Shown piece after piece: positions 40,830-55,209 of a stretch of DNA of 64,000 nt. The notes under the pieces were generated by a model, which searched no databases, was not told where the DNA came from, and worked only from the letters and a program-made list of their open reading frames with translations. This DNA comes from Octopus sinensis (Eukaryota). The translations under genes were made by a program, and so were the position numbers. The stretch covers positions 151,528,001 to 151,592,000 of the forward strand of contig NC_042997.1 in NCBI RefSeq assembly GCF_006345805.1, given 5' to 3'. The first letter of the stretch is position 1; every line of letters begins with the position of its first letter.

Positions 40830-41350
40830 TTCAGTCTGAAAAAGACAAAAATCATTATTTCTCTGCCTCCAGGCCAGCCCTATGACAAACCTGTTCTCTT
40901 CGTCTAGGGTGCAAGATCGGATGTGGTCATCTCTTTCGTCTTCCCTTACAGCACTCTCTCTGGAAATCCCTTAATTCTGAAATAAATCTGAGGATCAAAT
41001 ATTTCAGTAAGTCGTTTGGAATAGTCGAAAGTGGAGAGTGTTCTAATAGGAGTTTCCCCATCAAAACCAAGCTCAGTTTCTGTGAATTATGAGCGTTAAC
41101 TGCTCTTTTAAACCCTTCTTAGACATGGAGAACATATTGTCGTCGCATCAAGGCTTTGGAAAGATTGCCTCAAACTTTTCTTAAACATCAAATGGCAGTT
41201 ACTAGTATCAGACATCGTTATTCCTCCGCAAGCCGACACCCTCATAGTGTATATGCTCCGCTTACGCAGTCATATGACTGGTTATATAATCAGTTGTTTC
41301 ATGGGGAGTTAAACGTGTTAAAAGTCCGAGACATAAACCTGAGAAATGTT
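40830..41350 (+). pseudogene. RTE LINE RT C-terminal fragment
   Basis: FGLSFSLKKTKII..PPGQPYDKP, LNSEINLRI, TWRTYCRRIKALERL and YNQLFHGEL match the RTE consensus (FGLTISLKKTKV, ETWTTY, LPKQLFYGEL). Stops and frameshifts present. Confidence 0.8.
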
Positions 41351-42100
41351 TAAGGTATGTCGTCAAAAGCAAACTTATCATGATCTTATTGGAAAGAGGT
41401 AGCAAACGCAGCTATTGCTTACCAATTGTGATGTATAATATAATTTTAAATAATCAAATATGTGACAATTGTAACGAAATAATGCCCTTCAACCATAATG
41501 TGATCCTTGTACCTTCTCTAGTTTCTCTAATTTCGTGAATTTCCCATAAAAGTATTTTTTTTGTGTCACGGGTCACTAGGAAAAAGAGATACGATTTTAT
41601 TTATTTATTTATATTTCATACAAGATTGAGTTTAAAATATTGTCGTTCCTTAGTAAGTTTTCCAATAAAACATGGTTTTCTGCATTTTCAAGGCTATTTG
41701 TGACACATGATTTTCTGTGTTACTCAAACACAACGCGTAAAACGCAAGCTACTATTTTATTTAAAGTAGTCTTTTTATGATTAGATTCACCAATGTTCAT
41801 CTATACACTACTGATTATAAATATTGGCGAAAAACTTACAAACCATTTCAATTCATTTACTGTAAATTGTTTATGATCTTTATACTGCGACTATGCTACA
41901 TTACTGCGTCCAAAGGTTTAGACTATTATATAGTATCTACTACTTTCTCTGAATTTATTTCAGTTCTTATATTAAGTCACAATTGCCATCAGCGGAAATA
42001 ACAAAAATCATTCGCATATGAATACTGCAGTAGAAGTTAATAGAATGGTAACCATATGCGCGGAAGCATTTGTCTGATAACTTTTACATCAAGTTGTTGT

Positions 42101-42134
42101 AAGTACAGAGAGAGAGAGAGACAAACAGATAAGC

Positions 42135-42165
<31 letters not shown>

Positions 42166-42400
42166 CAGACAGACAGACAGAGACAGAGACAGAGACATGC
42201 ACTAAACAAACAGACAGAGAGTCATACACAAACATATGCATGCACCTCTATATATAGGTTTGTATTTATAAGTACAGATAGAGAGAGAGAGACAAACAGA
42301 CAGAGACAGAGCGACAGAGACAGTAAACAAAGAGAGAGAGAGAGAGAGAGTCATACACAAACATGTGCATGCACTTCTATACATAAGTTTGTATTTATAT
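42101..42400. repeat. local tandem duplication with GA/GACA microsatellite length variation
   Basis: aagtacaga...gacaaacaga at 42101 and 42270; gtcatacacaaacat.tgcatgcac.tctata.ata.gtttgtatttata at 42221 and 42350. Confidence 0.8.
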
Positions 42401-42490
42401 AGAGAGGAAAGAAAGCTAGGTAGTAAAAAATTTCATAATTTGACCAATCGACTGAACCTTCAACATCCGTTCATACTGAGATGCATATGT

Positions 42491-42529
<39 letters not shown>

Positions 42530-43520
42530 AACATATATTATATGTGCCTCTGCGCATATATATACACATGCATGCATTATATAGACACAGGATGAGCTTC
42601 AGTTCAGTTTCCAGCTGAAGTTTATTAGTTTATTACGCTTACCTTCTTTGACAAGCTGTCTCACAGCGTATGTGAACCAAGGAATCTTTGTGATGCAGTA
42701 TATTTCTCAACCAAGATTGGCCATAACAGCAATTTTAGGTCGGCAATTCGTTTCAAAATTATAGGTTCAAATCCTGCTGGCTTTCATCGTATTGTACTGT
42801 GGCAAATTCATTTGGCTCTAATCCTCCATATTATAAGAAGTCTTTCTGCATCGTAAAGTGAAATTAATATTTACTGTTTCATAAATCATTGCGTATTTTG
42901 AGAAATTATACAGCGGATGAAATCTATACGTGCAGATTACTGAATGTGAAAAAATGAAAACTATGTTGACATGGGCAAGAATTGAACTCAGTATAGATAA
43001 ACAGACTAAAGTATTCGAAGGAGTATAGACTGATGTTCATTCTTTCTTTATCACCTCATTAATTTTTCAAACAAATTTATTTGTATTTTTCAAGTGATAT
43101 GATTACAATCTACCAGGTGCAATTTATTTTAAGGTGGGTTAAGCCTAGTTGATTTAAGGAAGCTGATCATTAACGAATCTTCATTCACTGATTAAAGCTC
43201 TCTTTGTAATCCTTGTGAAAATCTTCAATCTGCAGGTGTTAAAGTGTCGAGACAAAAAAACATATGAAGAAGGTAAGTGTAGGATGAATAACAAAGATGT
43301 AAGAGAAAGAAAAAAATATAGAAACAAATAGATAAAATAATATATTGACACTGAGAGATAACCGATAGAATAGAGGATTAACATTCGTTATGCAATACGA
43401 TAAATAACAACTTTATGTCAAAAATCTCATTATTGATATCTTTATCATGCCAAATCTTATAGAAGTGGTAACCAGAAATTCTATCGGTAAGGATTCCCGG
43501 AAGTGGGGTTTGATGCATGC

Positions 43521-43557
<37 letters not shown>

Positions 43558-44740
43558 ATATATATATGCCTATATATATATATATATATATATGCCTATA
43601 TATATATATATATATTATATAATATATATATACTTATACACATATTACGGGATATAACTTCAGATTAGAGTCTTAGCAGTATCTCGAACCTAGATCATAG
43701 ATGTTCTTGTAACGCTTCATTGTTGTCGTCATTTTTGCCATAAAAATATTGAACAAGCAGTGTAGAGATAAGTTGTTACCGTCAATTTCATAACCCAGTT
43801 TTCATTATTGGTATAAAATATCTCACTTCAATTGTATTTGATAAAAGCAAAAACATCACAGAATCACATTCTCCTCTGCTATGAAATTTAGCGTAAATCA
43901 AGAAATAATTGTTGTGAAATTCTGCAAAACGACTCGTAAATTTGATAGAGTCGAACCTGTTTCTCGCTTTTATCTTTCCACTGGACACATTTTGTTAATG
44001 TGATAGGGAAAGGTACAAATATAATAAATACCCGTTTTGCAATAAAGAATTGCGATGTCCATGATTATATGTCGCACAATTATTATCATTAACCACTACA
44101 GTAAAAACATCCCAGAAATCCGAATGGAAAATTACGATTTCATCTTTCTATGCAAAGCAATTATTCACAGGCTGTGAAGGTTGGTAAAACCATAAAGTCT
44201 GATTTTAAATTACGATATGTGGGGGTTTCCTTTCATCACCCTATCAGCTGGCAAAATATTACAAAAGTATCAGAAATACCATCCCATTGTGCTCTAGGAT
44301 AATCGCTTCTAGTATTTATATGCTCCACAATACGAGATGTAGGTATACAATTTATTTACAATATCGAACACACCTAACTTGTGCATGCGTGTTCGATATT
44401 GTTAATATCCCTCGGGCTACTTCTCATTCATATTTGTACAATTCCTTTAATATCTTCATAAATATCTGATATAAACATTTAAAAATTTTACAAACAATTA
44501 AAAGCAGTATTGCCTTTGGCTATATTTCATTCCATTTATCCACAGGAGTATGGATTTAGCAATCTATACCTTCGTTTATAGAACTGAAGTTAGTTGAATA
44601 TAAAGAAATTTCCAGATGGCCTGTGCACACTCTATGGTTAAAGCTTTACTTTTAGTGGCGGCAAAAATTGAAATAAAAATACACGCAATGAGAAAATACA
44701 AATCTGTCTAAGCAGTGATAACACTAATTACAATCCAATT

Positions 44741-45250
<510 letters not shown>

Positions 45251-46413
45251 ACCTAGTTGTGAAAATTGGTAAATAAGTTGCAGTCAAAATAAAGCAGTTA
45301 ATATGTACTTTTTATATGATCAATTTTGTCGAAATAAAATATAAATTTTATTTCATTAAATTCACTACATATATTTACACGCCCGTCTTTCATAATAATG
45401 TTTAACTGTGCTAGTAGTTCGGCTTAAAAAGTCTTTCAGTAATCATAGATAAAAAAAAATAAGTTTCAGTATTTCAATATTTCTTATCAGATAAGTTAAC
45501 TCCCCAAACCTCAGCTATGTAACATTTACGATAGACTTTATGAAAATAAATACTATACCATGTTTAAGCATTGACAACTCCTCAGATTAAAAGATAAGCT
45601 CCTGGCGATTATTTTCGGGGTAAAGATTTGATTTAATCCTTGTTCACTACCAAATAGAAGGGAAAAGTAAAACCTCTTAAGTTCTACATGTTTACAACCT
45701 TCCTTTGGTATGAAATGAAACACGACATAACACAAATTCGTCAGCCGGTTTTATGTCTTGGTTTAAGCTAAATCACTTCAGATACATCAGTAATAGTGTT
45801 TAAAAGTACACTATCCCAACCTATACACGACAGTTTTGTTACCTAATCCGTGTTAGATAAAGTGAAGCATAACATTAATGCAATGTCAATATGAATTTGG
45901 ACATGGCAGACAATTGTGCATATTTCAAATCACCTGACGGTAATACGTAGGCGGTTTTATGTAAATATTTCCAATGATTGACTTTCCTTCTCTCCTAGGC
46001 GAGAATGAAGTGATTAATCTCTCATCCACACATAATCCTTCGTTATAAACCCCTTGTGGTTTTCTAATAATATTTGCATATATTATAGTCTGCATAGATT
46101 ACTTTTGTCAAATAGATAAATCAATATCAAAGACTCGTGATGAGCGAGAGGCAAACGTTTATACTTCTCAGTAATTTTCAAACGCTCACTCAATGGAAAA
46201 CATTCTATTTCATACAATATACTATAATCTAACCAGATCAAAATACGAAAACTGTACTTTGACATCACTCCACTTTTTATTTACAAGACAATGGAATAGA
46301 AAAGCTATGTTTTTTTTTGTTTGCATAAAACTAACATTCTTATTTAACCCGAGATTCTAATAAAATAAATCTGTTGATTATGTTTTTTCTTCTTTATTTC
46401 TACGGCATAAAAG

Positions 46414-46860
46414 TGTAGTAGACTGGTAGAATCGTTAGAATGTCCGATGAAATTCCCCTGTAGCATTTGTTCCGACTTTCTATTCTGAATTTAAATTCCG
46501 CCAACGAAAGTTTAAGCCATTTATCCTTTCGGTGTGGATAGAATAAATCAACCTTTTTAATGATGGTAACTGTTTTTCTCCTGAAAATAATCTTCTTCAT
46601 ATCTTGTGGAGAGGACCAGTCAATTACATCGGCCCCTACGCTCAACAGGTACTTATTTTATCGACCCCCAACGGAATGAAAAGCAAAGCCTACCTCAGTC
46701 TAATTTCAAATTAGAACGTAAATCCGAAAGAAGTGCCACTTGACTTTGCCTTTCATCGTCACCGTAACCGTAGTGTAAATAGCAGCTAAGCTGTAGGGTC
46801 TATGCCTTCAACTACACCGCTTCCCGAACTTGCTAGCCTTGTGCCAAAATTTGAAACTAA
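46414..46860. mobile_element. cluster of three Nin/Deu SINE fragments in alternating orientation
   Basis: A plus copy at ~46414-46555, a minus copy at ~46615-46735 (ggtacttattttatcgacccc), and a plus fragment from ~46741 (gactttgcctttcatc...gccttgtgccaaaatttgaaa). Confidence 0.7.
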
Positions 46861-47311
46861 TATCAAAATTCGCTTTCTACAGTAAAAAGATAGGTAAATT
46901 CGGAGCTCTGTTATGGATTACTGTATCATGATTAATTTATTTTCTTTCTTTCAAATTTTTGGCGAATTAGTCTGGTTATTTTGTATAGTTATTAAAAATG
47001 TATTCAAAGAAAAATAGGTGCCGATTTAACTTAGGTTTCCTTACATTTCAATTGAAAAAAGGAGAAATTTCTAAATGTTTTCTTGTTTAGGCGATTATTA
47101 ATTTCACCAAAGTCGACGAGACGAACCACTAAAATAGGTCTTGGCCTTTGTATGAAACCGACTGAAATGGGAAAAGAATAATTAAAGACAAATTTTGTTT
47201 AAGGAAATCCTGAAAAAGAACTGTGTTTCAGGCGTTATTAATTTTAAGTCTTGCAATATTACCAGATCACCCCCAACTGCAACAACAAAGATCCCTTTTA
47301 GCAACACTCGC

Positions 47312-47361
47312 ATATTCATATCGCACACCTGAGAAATTTCTCAGGTGTGCGATATGAATAT
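47312..47361. repeat. perfect 50-bp spacerless palindrome
   Basis: atattcatatcgcacacctgagaaa followed immediately by tttctcaggtgtgcgatatgaatat. Confidence 0.97.
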
Positions 47362-49559
47362 ATATGGGGGATGTAAGAAAGGCTCTGTCCGACGAAAAAC
47401 ATTGACGACACTGTATCACAAGGATTCAATATTTTTAACGGAGAAATTTTATCTTAAATGGTAAAAAAGTAAAGACGAATGGGAGGACTTTGTATTCTCC
47501 CTAAGCACATTTTAAAGGGATCACACATTGACGTATATGCTGGATTCCTGTCCCTTTGAGCAAGGCAAAAATATTTATACAGAAATATTACTTTATGTAA
47601 CGATTTAAAACTTTCTAAAGTTCGGTATATTTGAAAACTCACTGTCAGAGGAACTAGTATTTGTTTTCCTTACGTATTTCTATTCTATCGCAACAAGGAG
47701 AGAAGCTAGAGTTACAAATTCCACTTCCACTCATGATTTTATAATCTTTTTTATTATCTTGCAGCCGTGCCCCGAAAGCTTGAGACTAACTGGCGAACGG
47801 GCCGTACTAACGCACTGTGCGTTTTTATTCTCTCCGTTGTGCTCCTTATCCCGACCGTCACATATTTATGCGTTATTTATGGATGCAAATATTTTATTTT
47901 ATATACCTATTTCAGGAGGCGGGTGAGAAGTTAAAAAATGCTGAGAAGAAAGTAATCAATGATAAGCCTGAGAGGGAAAGAATTTTTAATCCATAATCGC
48001 TATTTCGACAAAACATATATTGTCTGTATGTATTTACAATGTATATTTAGATCTGTGTGTATTTACATGGTATGTTTAGATGTGTGTGTGTGCGCGTGTG
48101 TGTGCCTGTTTGCGTGCGTGCCTCTGTGTATGTGTACGTGCACGCGTGTTTAATTTTTTCTCTCCTTCTTGCCATGCTTTATATTATGAATTAACTTTTC
48201 TTAAACGTTTGTTCTTTGGTTCTCGAAGAGCCATAGGCGAAACAGAATTGTATTTTGTCAGACTAACGATAATGGTTTAAATACATTTTTATTTTATCTA
48301 TTTTGCATAATATATCTTCGTTGATAATCCTAATTTTTATCATGTCATTATATAACGTTTCTCATTCATACTTGTCTCTTCTTATAACTGTACATCCTTA
48401 CACATTTTGTAAACTGTTTTAATAACATGACTAAATGAATGGATCCTTAAGGCAAACAAAATGTAGTAATTATTGCAATTTTTATTATGATTCCTTCGTT
48501 TATGCATTTTTCAGTTTGCTTTCGTTATACAATTTCAAAGTTTCCATGTGATAACTTTGTTCAAAATACTTGTATATATATAAAAAAAATTATTCTAATT
48601 TTATTTCTCTTCTTTTGTAAGACATAAAAAGACAAATACAGAGAATCAATTTATTATCTTTCATACATGCTCATACTGTACCAAACGCTTTCCCATTCCA
48701 TATCATTGTTTTCTTTATCAGTAAGATATTTCCCCCACCTGAAAACGCAACTTTATCTTTCACAGTTTTCACGCCTATCGTTCATTCTATTCCCATGTCT
48801 ATCTCTCTGGCATTCTTCTTCCTTTAAAATGATTGTCATACGTAAAACGTGTTGTATATCTATCAAATTTTTTTTTTTCCGTTAGATATAAAGAGTTATC
48901 ACAAGCATACACACACACTCACTGAAACAAAATTTCACAATGCATCTTATTCGCTTTCTTTTTACCTTTAGCTTCCACATCGATTTTCATCAAGCTGTTT
49001 GTCTCCTTCCCAATCAATTAGTATTACACATGTGTCGCCGCTTTAAAAATCCCTAATCATTTTCTGTATCACCTTATTACGTTTCTGACGACCTGGTACT
49101 CATAGCCATAGCCATAGCCATGCCTTTATTTTCTACCTGTTCTTCAAATGTGTCTTCCCTCATTTTGCTTCCCATCTCCCTCTATTGTCTATTTCACTTC
49201 ATCTTTTTCCTTCTGTCTATCTCTCCATTTCTCTCCCTCTCTCCCTCTCTTTTTCTCCCTTTATACATATAACGACATGCGTGTGTATGTGTGTGTGTGT
49301 TAATATGTGCGTGTTGGGATGTGTATCTTTGTCTATGTGTACGTGTGCCATGTGCCCGTGTGCCTATCTTACAGAGTTTACTTCACTAGCACACATACAA
49401 ACAACGACAACATATAGGTACACATAATTACGTTTCCGAATCATTATTCAAGTATATACCTGTAACTATATTCATTCTACTTAGTGCTTGTTTTATGTGC
49501 GCACACCCACGCACACATATACCTACACATACATAATATATATATATATATATATTATA

Positions 49560-49650
<91 letters not shown>

Positions 49651-49748
49651 ATATATATATATATATATGAGGGTGTATGTATGTATATATGCATGTATCC
49701 ACATATGTATGTATCTGCATATGTATGTAATTGTATACATATATATAT

Positions 49749-49827
<79 letters not shown>

Positions 49828-50240
49828 ATGACTATGTATGTTTGTATTTGTGTTTGAAGGTTCAAGTGAGTGCATTGCAGGTGTGTTTTAATCATGTACT
49901 TTTTGTTCAACGAATCAAAAGATAAACTTCCGGGCGAGAATCCACTTAAAACACACCTTCGCTGCATTCACTGCAGCACAAATACAAGTTCAATCAAAGC
50001 ATATAATGTAGCGTGGAAAACAAACCCGACACACTGAAACTTTTTTCCCTCTTTGTGCGTGTATGAATACGCACACACACACACACACACACACACATTT
50101 ATATGTATATCATCAACATTCTAAATTCTATGACATCAAAAATATGCCTATGTATGTGCGTCTGCATACAGAGAGACACAGTGTTATATATATATATATA
50201 TGTATAGACAGAGAGAGGCAGACAAACAGAGAGATTATTG

Positions 50241-50265
50241 AACTTATTATTATTATTATTATTAC

Positions 50266-50349
<84 letters not shown>

Positions 50350-50370
50350 CATCATTATTATTATTATTTT
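50241..50370. repeat. (ATT)n microsatellite
   Basis: Visible directly. Confidence 0.95.
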
Positions 50371-50769
50371 ATGTAGTGCGCTGCTTAAGATATCAGCCGT
50401 TTGAAGCTATTTACAGAACAAATACATTTAAGTGCGGTGTAATTTCAGAAGACAGGGCCTCTCAAATTTGCTGTTCCTTTAGGTGACCTTGTAACGTGCT
50501 AAAAGTGAGACTAAAATCTCGCGCAAATCATATGTTACTGTCTTCAAAAAACATGTAATTAATAATACGGTCCAGACCGAACTGTTCTAGGGAAGAAGAT
50601 GAGATGAACTCGACTACAATGCTTTAGGTCATAGAACTGCTCGAACAAGTTTCGAATAAAAATAATACACGTTAATCACACAAAAATTTTGATATTTTTT
50701 TTATTGGTTTCAGCCAGAGGCTTTAGCAATGTCATTAGTGTTGACGCTTGCATGTTTTTCGACTCATTT

Positions 50770-50930
50770 CCCAGTCCTGTCTACAGGATCGAATCCGGTG
50801 AAGTAGAGCTACTCTTCTTTTTATTATCTTTTTGCTGTGATGTGGTTTCATCAGGTATATCTGGTAAAAATCTGTCTAAATGATTTTTTTTAATCAGCAG
50901 GTAGATCATAGAAGCCTTTTGATAAGTTAC
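50770..50930 (-). mobile_element. possible 3' end of a CR1/Jockey-like LINE
   Basis: Minus-strand KNHLDRFLPDIPDETTSQQ resembles the FK..LD.FL..IPDEP C-terminal motif of these LINEs. Confidence 0.45.
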
Positions 50931-51421
50931 GTGAGTATCTGTGTGTTTGACATTCACTGTATCGACCAGACTATCGCATACTATTATATCTATATACTAA
51001 AGCTCAATATCTGTGTGTCTGTACATCTATAGGACGGAAGAGAATAGAAAATACATTAAAATGGGGAATGTGTTCTCTTGTAAACTTTTACAAGAAAGAC
51101 GATGAGCTATATAAAATTTACTTTCCATTGCGATTAGGGGGCTTAAAGGGGGCAAATACCCTTTGTGAAATTTCAAGCACCTCTGATTTCAATGAAAATA
51201 ACGACATAACGACTAGGTACTAAATAAGGACGATTTCCAAAATTTCACCATCTTACAATATTATTAAACCCCCTAATGGGGTTTATAACATGGGACAGAG
51301 CCCCTTCGAAAGTGCAAATACATCCACTGTTCATGAAAGATACATAAAATTTAAGTATGTGTTCTTGGAATTAATGTACTACAAAATTTCAACAATGCAT
51401 ATCTTATTAAAGACTTTGCGA

Positions 51422-51652
51422 CGTAATTTTATGCATTACAAAAAGAATATTTCAATAAGCAAAACATATTTAGTTCACCATATCACTATCAGTCCGAACA
51501 CCTGTCTCATCAGTTGAGCGTATACCAATAAAACGATCGACAGTGAGTAGCTCTGTGTCTAAAGAATATATAATTTTATAAAAAAAATTGTTTTTTTATC
51601 CATGTTTGACTTAATTTTGCCATGTTTCACCTACATGCTAGTAAAAAAGATA

Positions 51653-51685
<33 letters not shown>

Positions 51686-51939
51686 GTGTGTATGTGTGTG
51701 TGTGGTGTGTGTGTGTGTGTGTATGTATATATATGTATATATGTATATATATATATATATGTATATGTATATATATATATGTATATATGTGTATATATAT
51801 ATATATGTATATATATGTATATATACATGTATGCATATATATGTATATATATATATATATATGTATATATATGTATATGTATATATATATATGTATATAT
51901 GTATATATGTATATATATATTATATATATATTATATATA

Positions 51940-51986
<47 letters not shown>

Positions 51987-52174
51987 ATATATATATACCA
52001 GCTTTTTATAAAAAATATATATTCTTTAGATAAACGCAGAGCTACTCACGGTCGATCGTTGTATTGGTATACGCTCAACTGATGAGACAGGTGTTCGAAC
52101 TGACGGTCGGTGATATGGGAAACTAAGTATATTTTGCTTATCAAAATATTCCTTTTCTAATGCATAAAATTACG
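51422..52174. repeat. ~170-bp inverted repeat pair around a TA/TG microsatellite, nested in the Helitron 5' region
   Basis: 51422-51585 versus the reverse complement of 52003-52174, including an identical 36-nt run cgaacacctgtctcatcagttgagcgtataccaata. Confidence 0.9.
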
Positions 52175-52369
52175 CTGAAAAATCTATAATGAGAATATTC
52201 AAATAGCTCCAATATTCAAATAGCTACGATATTGATGAAATTTAAATCATAAAACAATTCCGTCATTTTATCTGATCTTTTCCATATCTTTCACATCTCT
52301 GCTTGACCTGCTGAATGTTGAAAATATAGATTAATTCATCCTACTACAACAGCTCTGAAAGAAAGAAGA

Positions 52370-55209
52370 TTTGGACTACGTAAGCAATCTCAGCGTAAGA
52401 AAAGAGACTGACAATCAGTGGACCAAGAGACTGAGAGTAGATGCTGAAAAGCATGCAGCCTTACGAGCCTCACAAAGCCAAGAACAATCAGAAAGAAGAC
52501 GAAGATTAGATGCTCAACGGACTGCAGCAGAAAGACTGAAACACCAGAAGTAAGGGGAAGGAGAGTGAGAATGAATACTCGACGGACTGCAGCAACCAGG
52601 CAACTTCTAACTCAGGACGAGCCCAACGATAGGAGGATAACAGACAGATTAAGGCATCTAGAATTTAGACTGCGTCCTTTTACTGCTTAAAACTGAAAAA
52701 TGGCTGCATTCAATTATAATCCAAATTATGCATATAATTCACAAGGCATTGTTACTATAGTATCCATATCATTACTATGTGATTACTGCGATGTCGAGAA
52801 TTGTTGTAGTAGTGGAATGATCCGATTATCACTTTTTGCTAATCTACCACAACCATTAAAAGATCTCCAATTGGGTTCAATCCAGAACCAAAACATTTTT
52901 TGCAAATCATACAGCGTTACAATAATGCATTCATGATGATATCCTTTGGTGCAAATATAGTAAGCGAAAGAGGGTTTATACCCACATTCAAAATTCATGG
53001 TCAAATTCATTATAGAATTGGAAGATTGTTGCCATAACATCATGAGGATTCCCAATACTTACAAATATATTTCATTGGCAGACAAAAAGATCAAACAGGA
53101 GATAGGTGCAACCTTAACCAAAGGGTAAGAATAATCGTAATCAGGAATCTACAAGAAACGCGACATGCAAACAATGCATACAAACGGAGTTTTAAAGCAG
53201 CCTTCAGGAAAATTTCACCATCTAAAAGACCATCTAATGAGCATGTTAGGCGATTCAATTTGCCAGCATGTAACGACGTCGCACTTATTATGGCTGATGA
53301 AAGTTTTGGCAATAGAGCCATAATTATTCATTCAAGAGATAATACGCAGAAACGTGTATGTGAAACTCACAGACCTTAAGATAGCTTTCAATATCCCCTA
53401 TTATTTGTATATGGAGAAGATGGATGCCATTTAGATATTCCACAGCTTGGAAATGATAACAGATATGTTTCATGTATGTATTTTTATGCATACCATTTTA
53501 TGATCAGAGACAATTCCTTCAATCATCTTCGCAGAAGTCAAAACCTCTTCTATCGATTTGCCGTTGATATATTTGCAAAGGTTGAAGAGGAAATACTTTT
53601 ATATAACAAAACTCATCAAAAGGAACGAAGCGTAGATTCCTATATACGTTTCAAAGATCCTATAAATAACGATAGACAACGAAGAGACATAGGTCAGATA
53701 TGCATTTTACCTTCCACTTTCACAGGTAGTCTATGATATATATATGCATGAAAGCACCAAAGATGGAATGACTTATGTTCGAAATTATGGAAAACCAGAC
53801 CTTTTTATCACATTCACTTCAAATCCAAAGTGGAAGGGGATTCAAGATGAACGTATCCCTGGACAAACATACATCAATCGACATGATCTAGTGGCCAGAG
53901 TTTTTCGTTTGAAGATAATCAAACTGATGAATTTAATAAACAAATCACATATCATTGGCCCATTAGAGTGCTACATGTACACAAATGAGTGGTAAAAGAG
54001 AGGCTTGCCTCATGCGCATATACTATTGTGGCTTACCAGAAAAATCAACTCCAGTCAAATTGAATCCATTAAATCAGCTGAGTTATCTGATAGACATCCT
54101 TATTTGAAATAATAAAGAGTCACAGGCTGCATGGGCCGTGTGGTAATATCAATCGAAAATCACTTTGCATGGTTGATGGCCAATGTACAAAAAGATACCC
54201 TAAAATTTTCTACGGCAAACTCAGTTCAGTGAAGATAGTTATCCCTTTTATAGGAGATCTGAAGATGGTGGCTTTGAGACTATGGTTGACAGACATGAAT
54301 TTGACAATAGGTGGACTGTATCTTACTCTCCCTTGCTTTCAAAGACATTCAATGCTCACATAAATGTTGAATTTTGAATTTCTGGGAAATCTATTAAATA
54401 TGTTTGCAAATACATAAAAAAGGGATCTAATTCAGCCATGTTTTCCTTAGAAGAAGAAAATGTTAGAGATTAAGTTACTCAGTATGAACTTGGTAGATAT
54501 ATCGGTACTAATAAACCATTTTAGCGTATTTTGGGGTTTCCAATTCATGAAAGGCATCTGGCAATCCAACAGCTTGCAGTTCATCTTGAAAATGGTCTGA
54601 GGGTTTATTTCACAAACGAAAATGCTGCCCACGTCGCTCTAAATCCAAAATACACAATCCTTACTACATTTTTCATATTGTGTGAATAATATAATTTTGC
54701 AAACTCTTATTTATAATCAAGTTCCAATCAAGTTCCATTTTATTACACATGGCATAGGAGAAAACAAGGATGAATCAGAATTAGTCAATTATTCAGTAGA
54801 ATTGTTGAATTCCCTTGAGCCAACAAGTACCCTTCGTCATTGTTTTCGATTGAAAGTAGGTGCTCTGGTCATGCTTCCACGCAACCTCTCACAACCAAAG
54901 TTATGCAATGGCACAAGACTCGTTGTCAAAAAATTAAGGAGCAATGTTATAGAGGCCACTATAATTTCTGGTTGTGAATAAGGCGAAGATGTTTTTATCC
55001 CTCGAATTTCTTTAATACCTTCTAACATGCCCTTTGAGTTCAAACGACTTCAGTTTCTCATAAGTTTGTCTTTTGCAATGTCTATCAATAAGTCACAAGA
55101 TCAAGTTGCTGGTTTGCATTTAGAAGAGGATTGTTTTTCACATGGACAGCTGTGTGTCGGTGTTTCTAGAGTAGCGAGTAAGAAAAATACTTTTCACATT
55201 CGCCCCTAA
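52370..55209 (+). pseudogene. Helitron Rep/helicase (RepHel) pseudogene
   Basis: MAAFNYNP, CDYC..CCSSG, PTFKIHGQIHYRIG, QYPLLF, ILPSTFTGS, YGKPDLFITFTSNPKW, EW*KRGLPHAHILLW (HUH motif), HGPCG, KYVCKYIKKG. It then jumps to [43 protein letters not shown] and FSHGQLCVGVSRV (PIF1-like helicase C-terminal motifs). Many stops. Confidence 0.95.

Noticed and set aside
50689-50810. Strong acceptor followed by MSLVLTLACF..., signal-peptide-like
   Set aside because: The frame closes quickly, there is no good donor, and the opposite strand fits a LINE 3' end better.
52079-52108. Intact hammerhead in the Helitron-nested inverted repeat
   Set aside because: GAAC rather than GAAA, and helix I does not pair; kept only as a resemblance.
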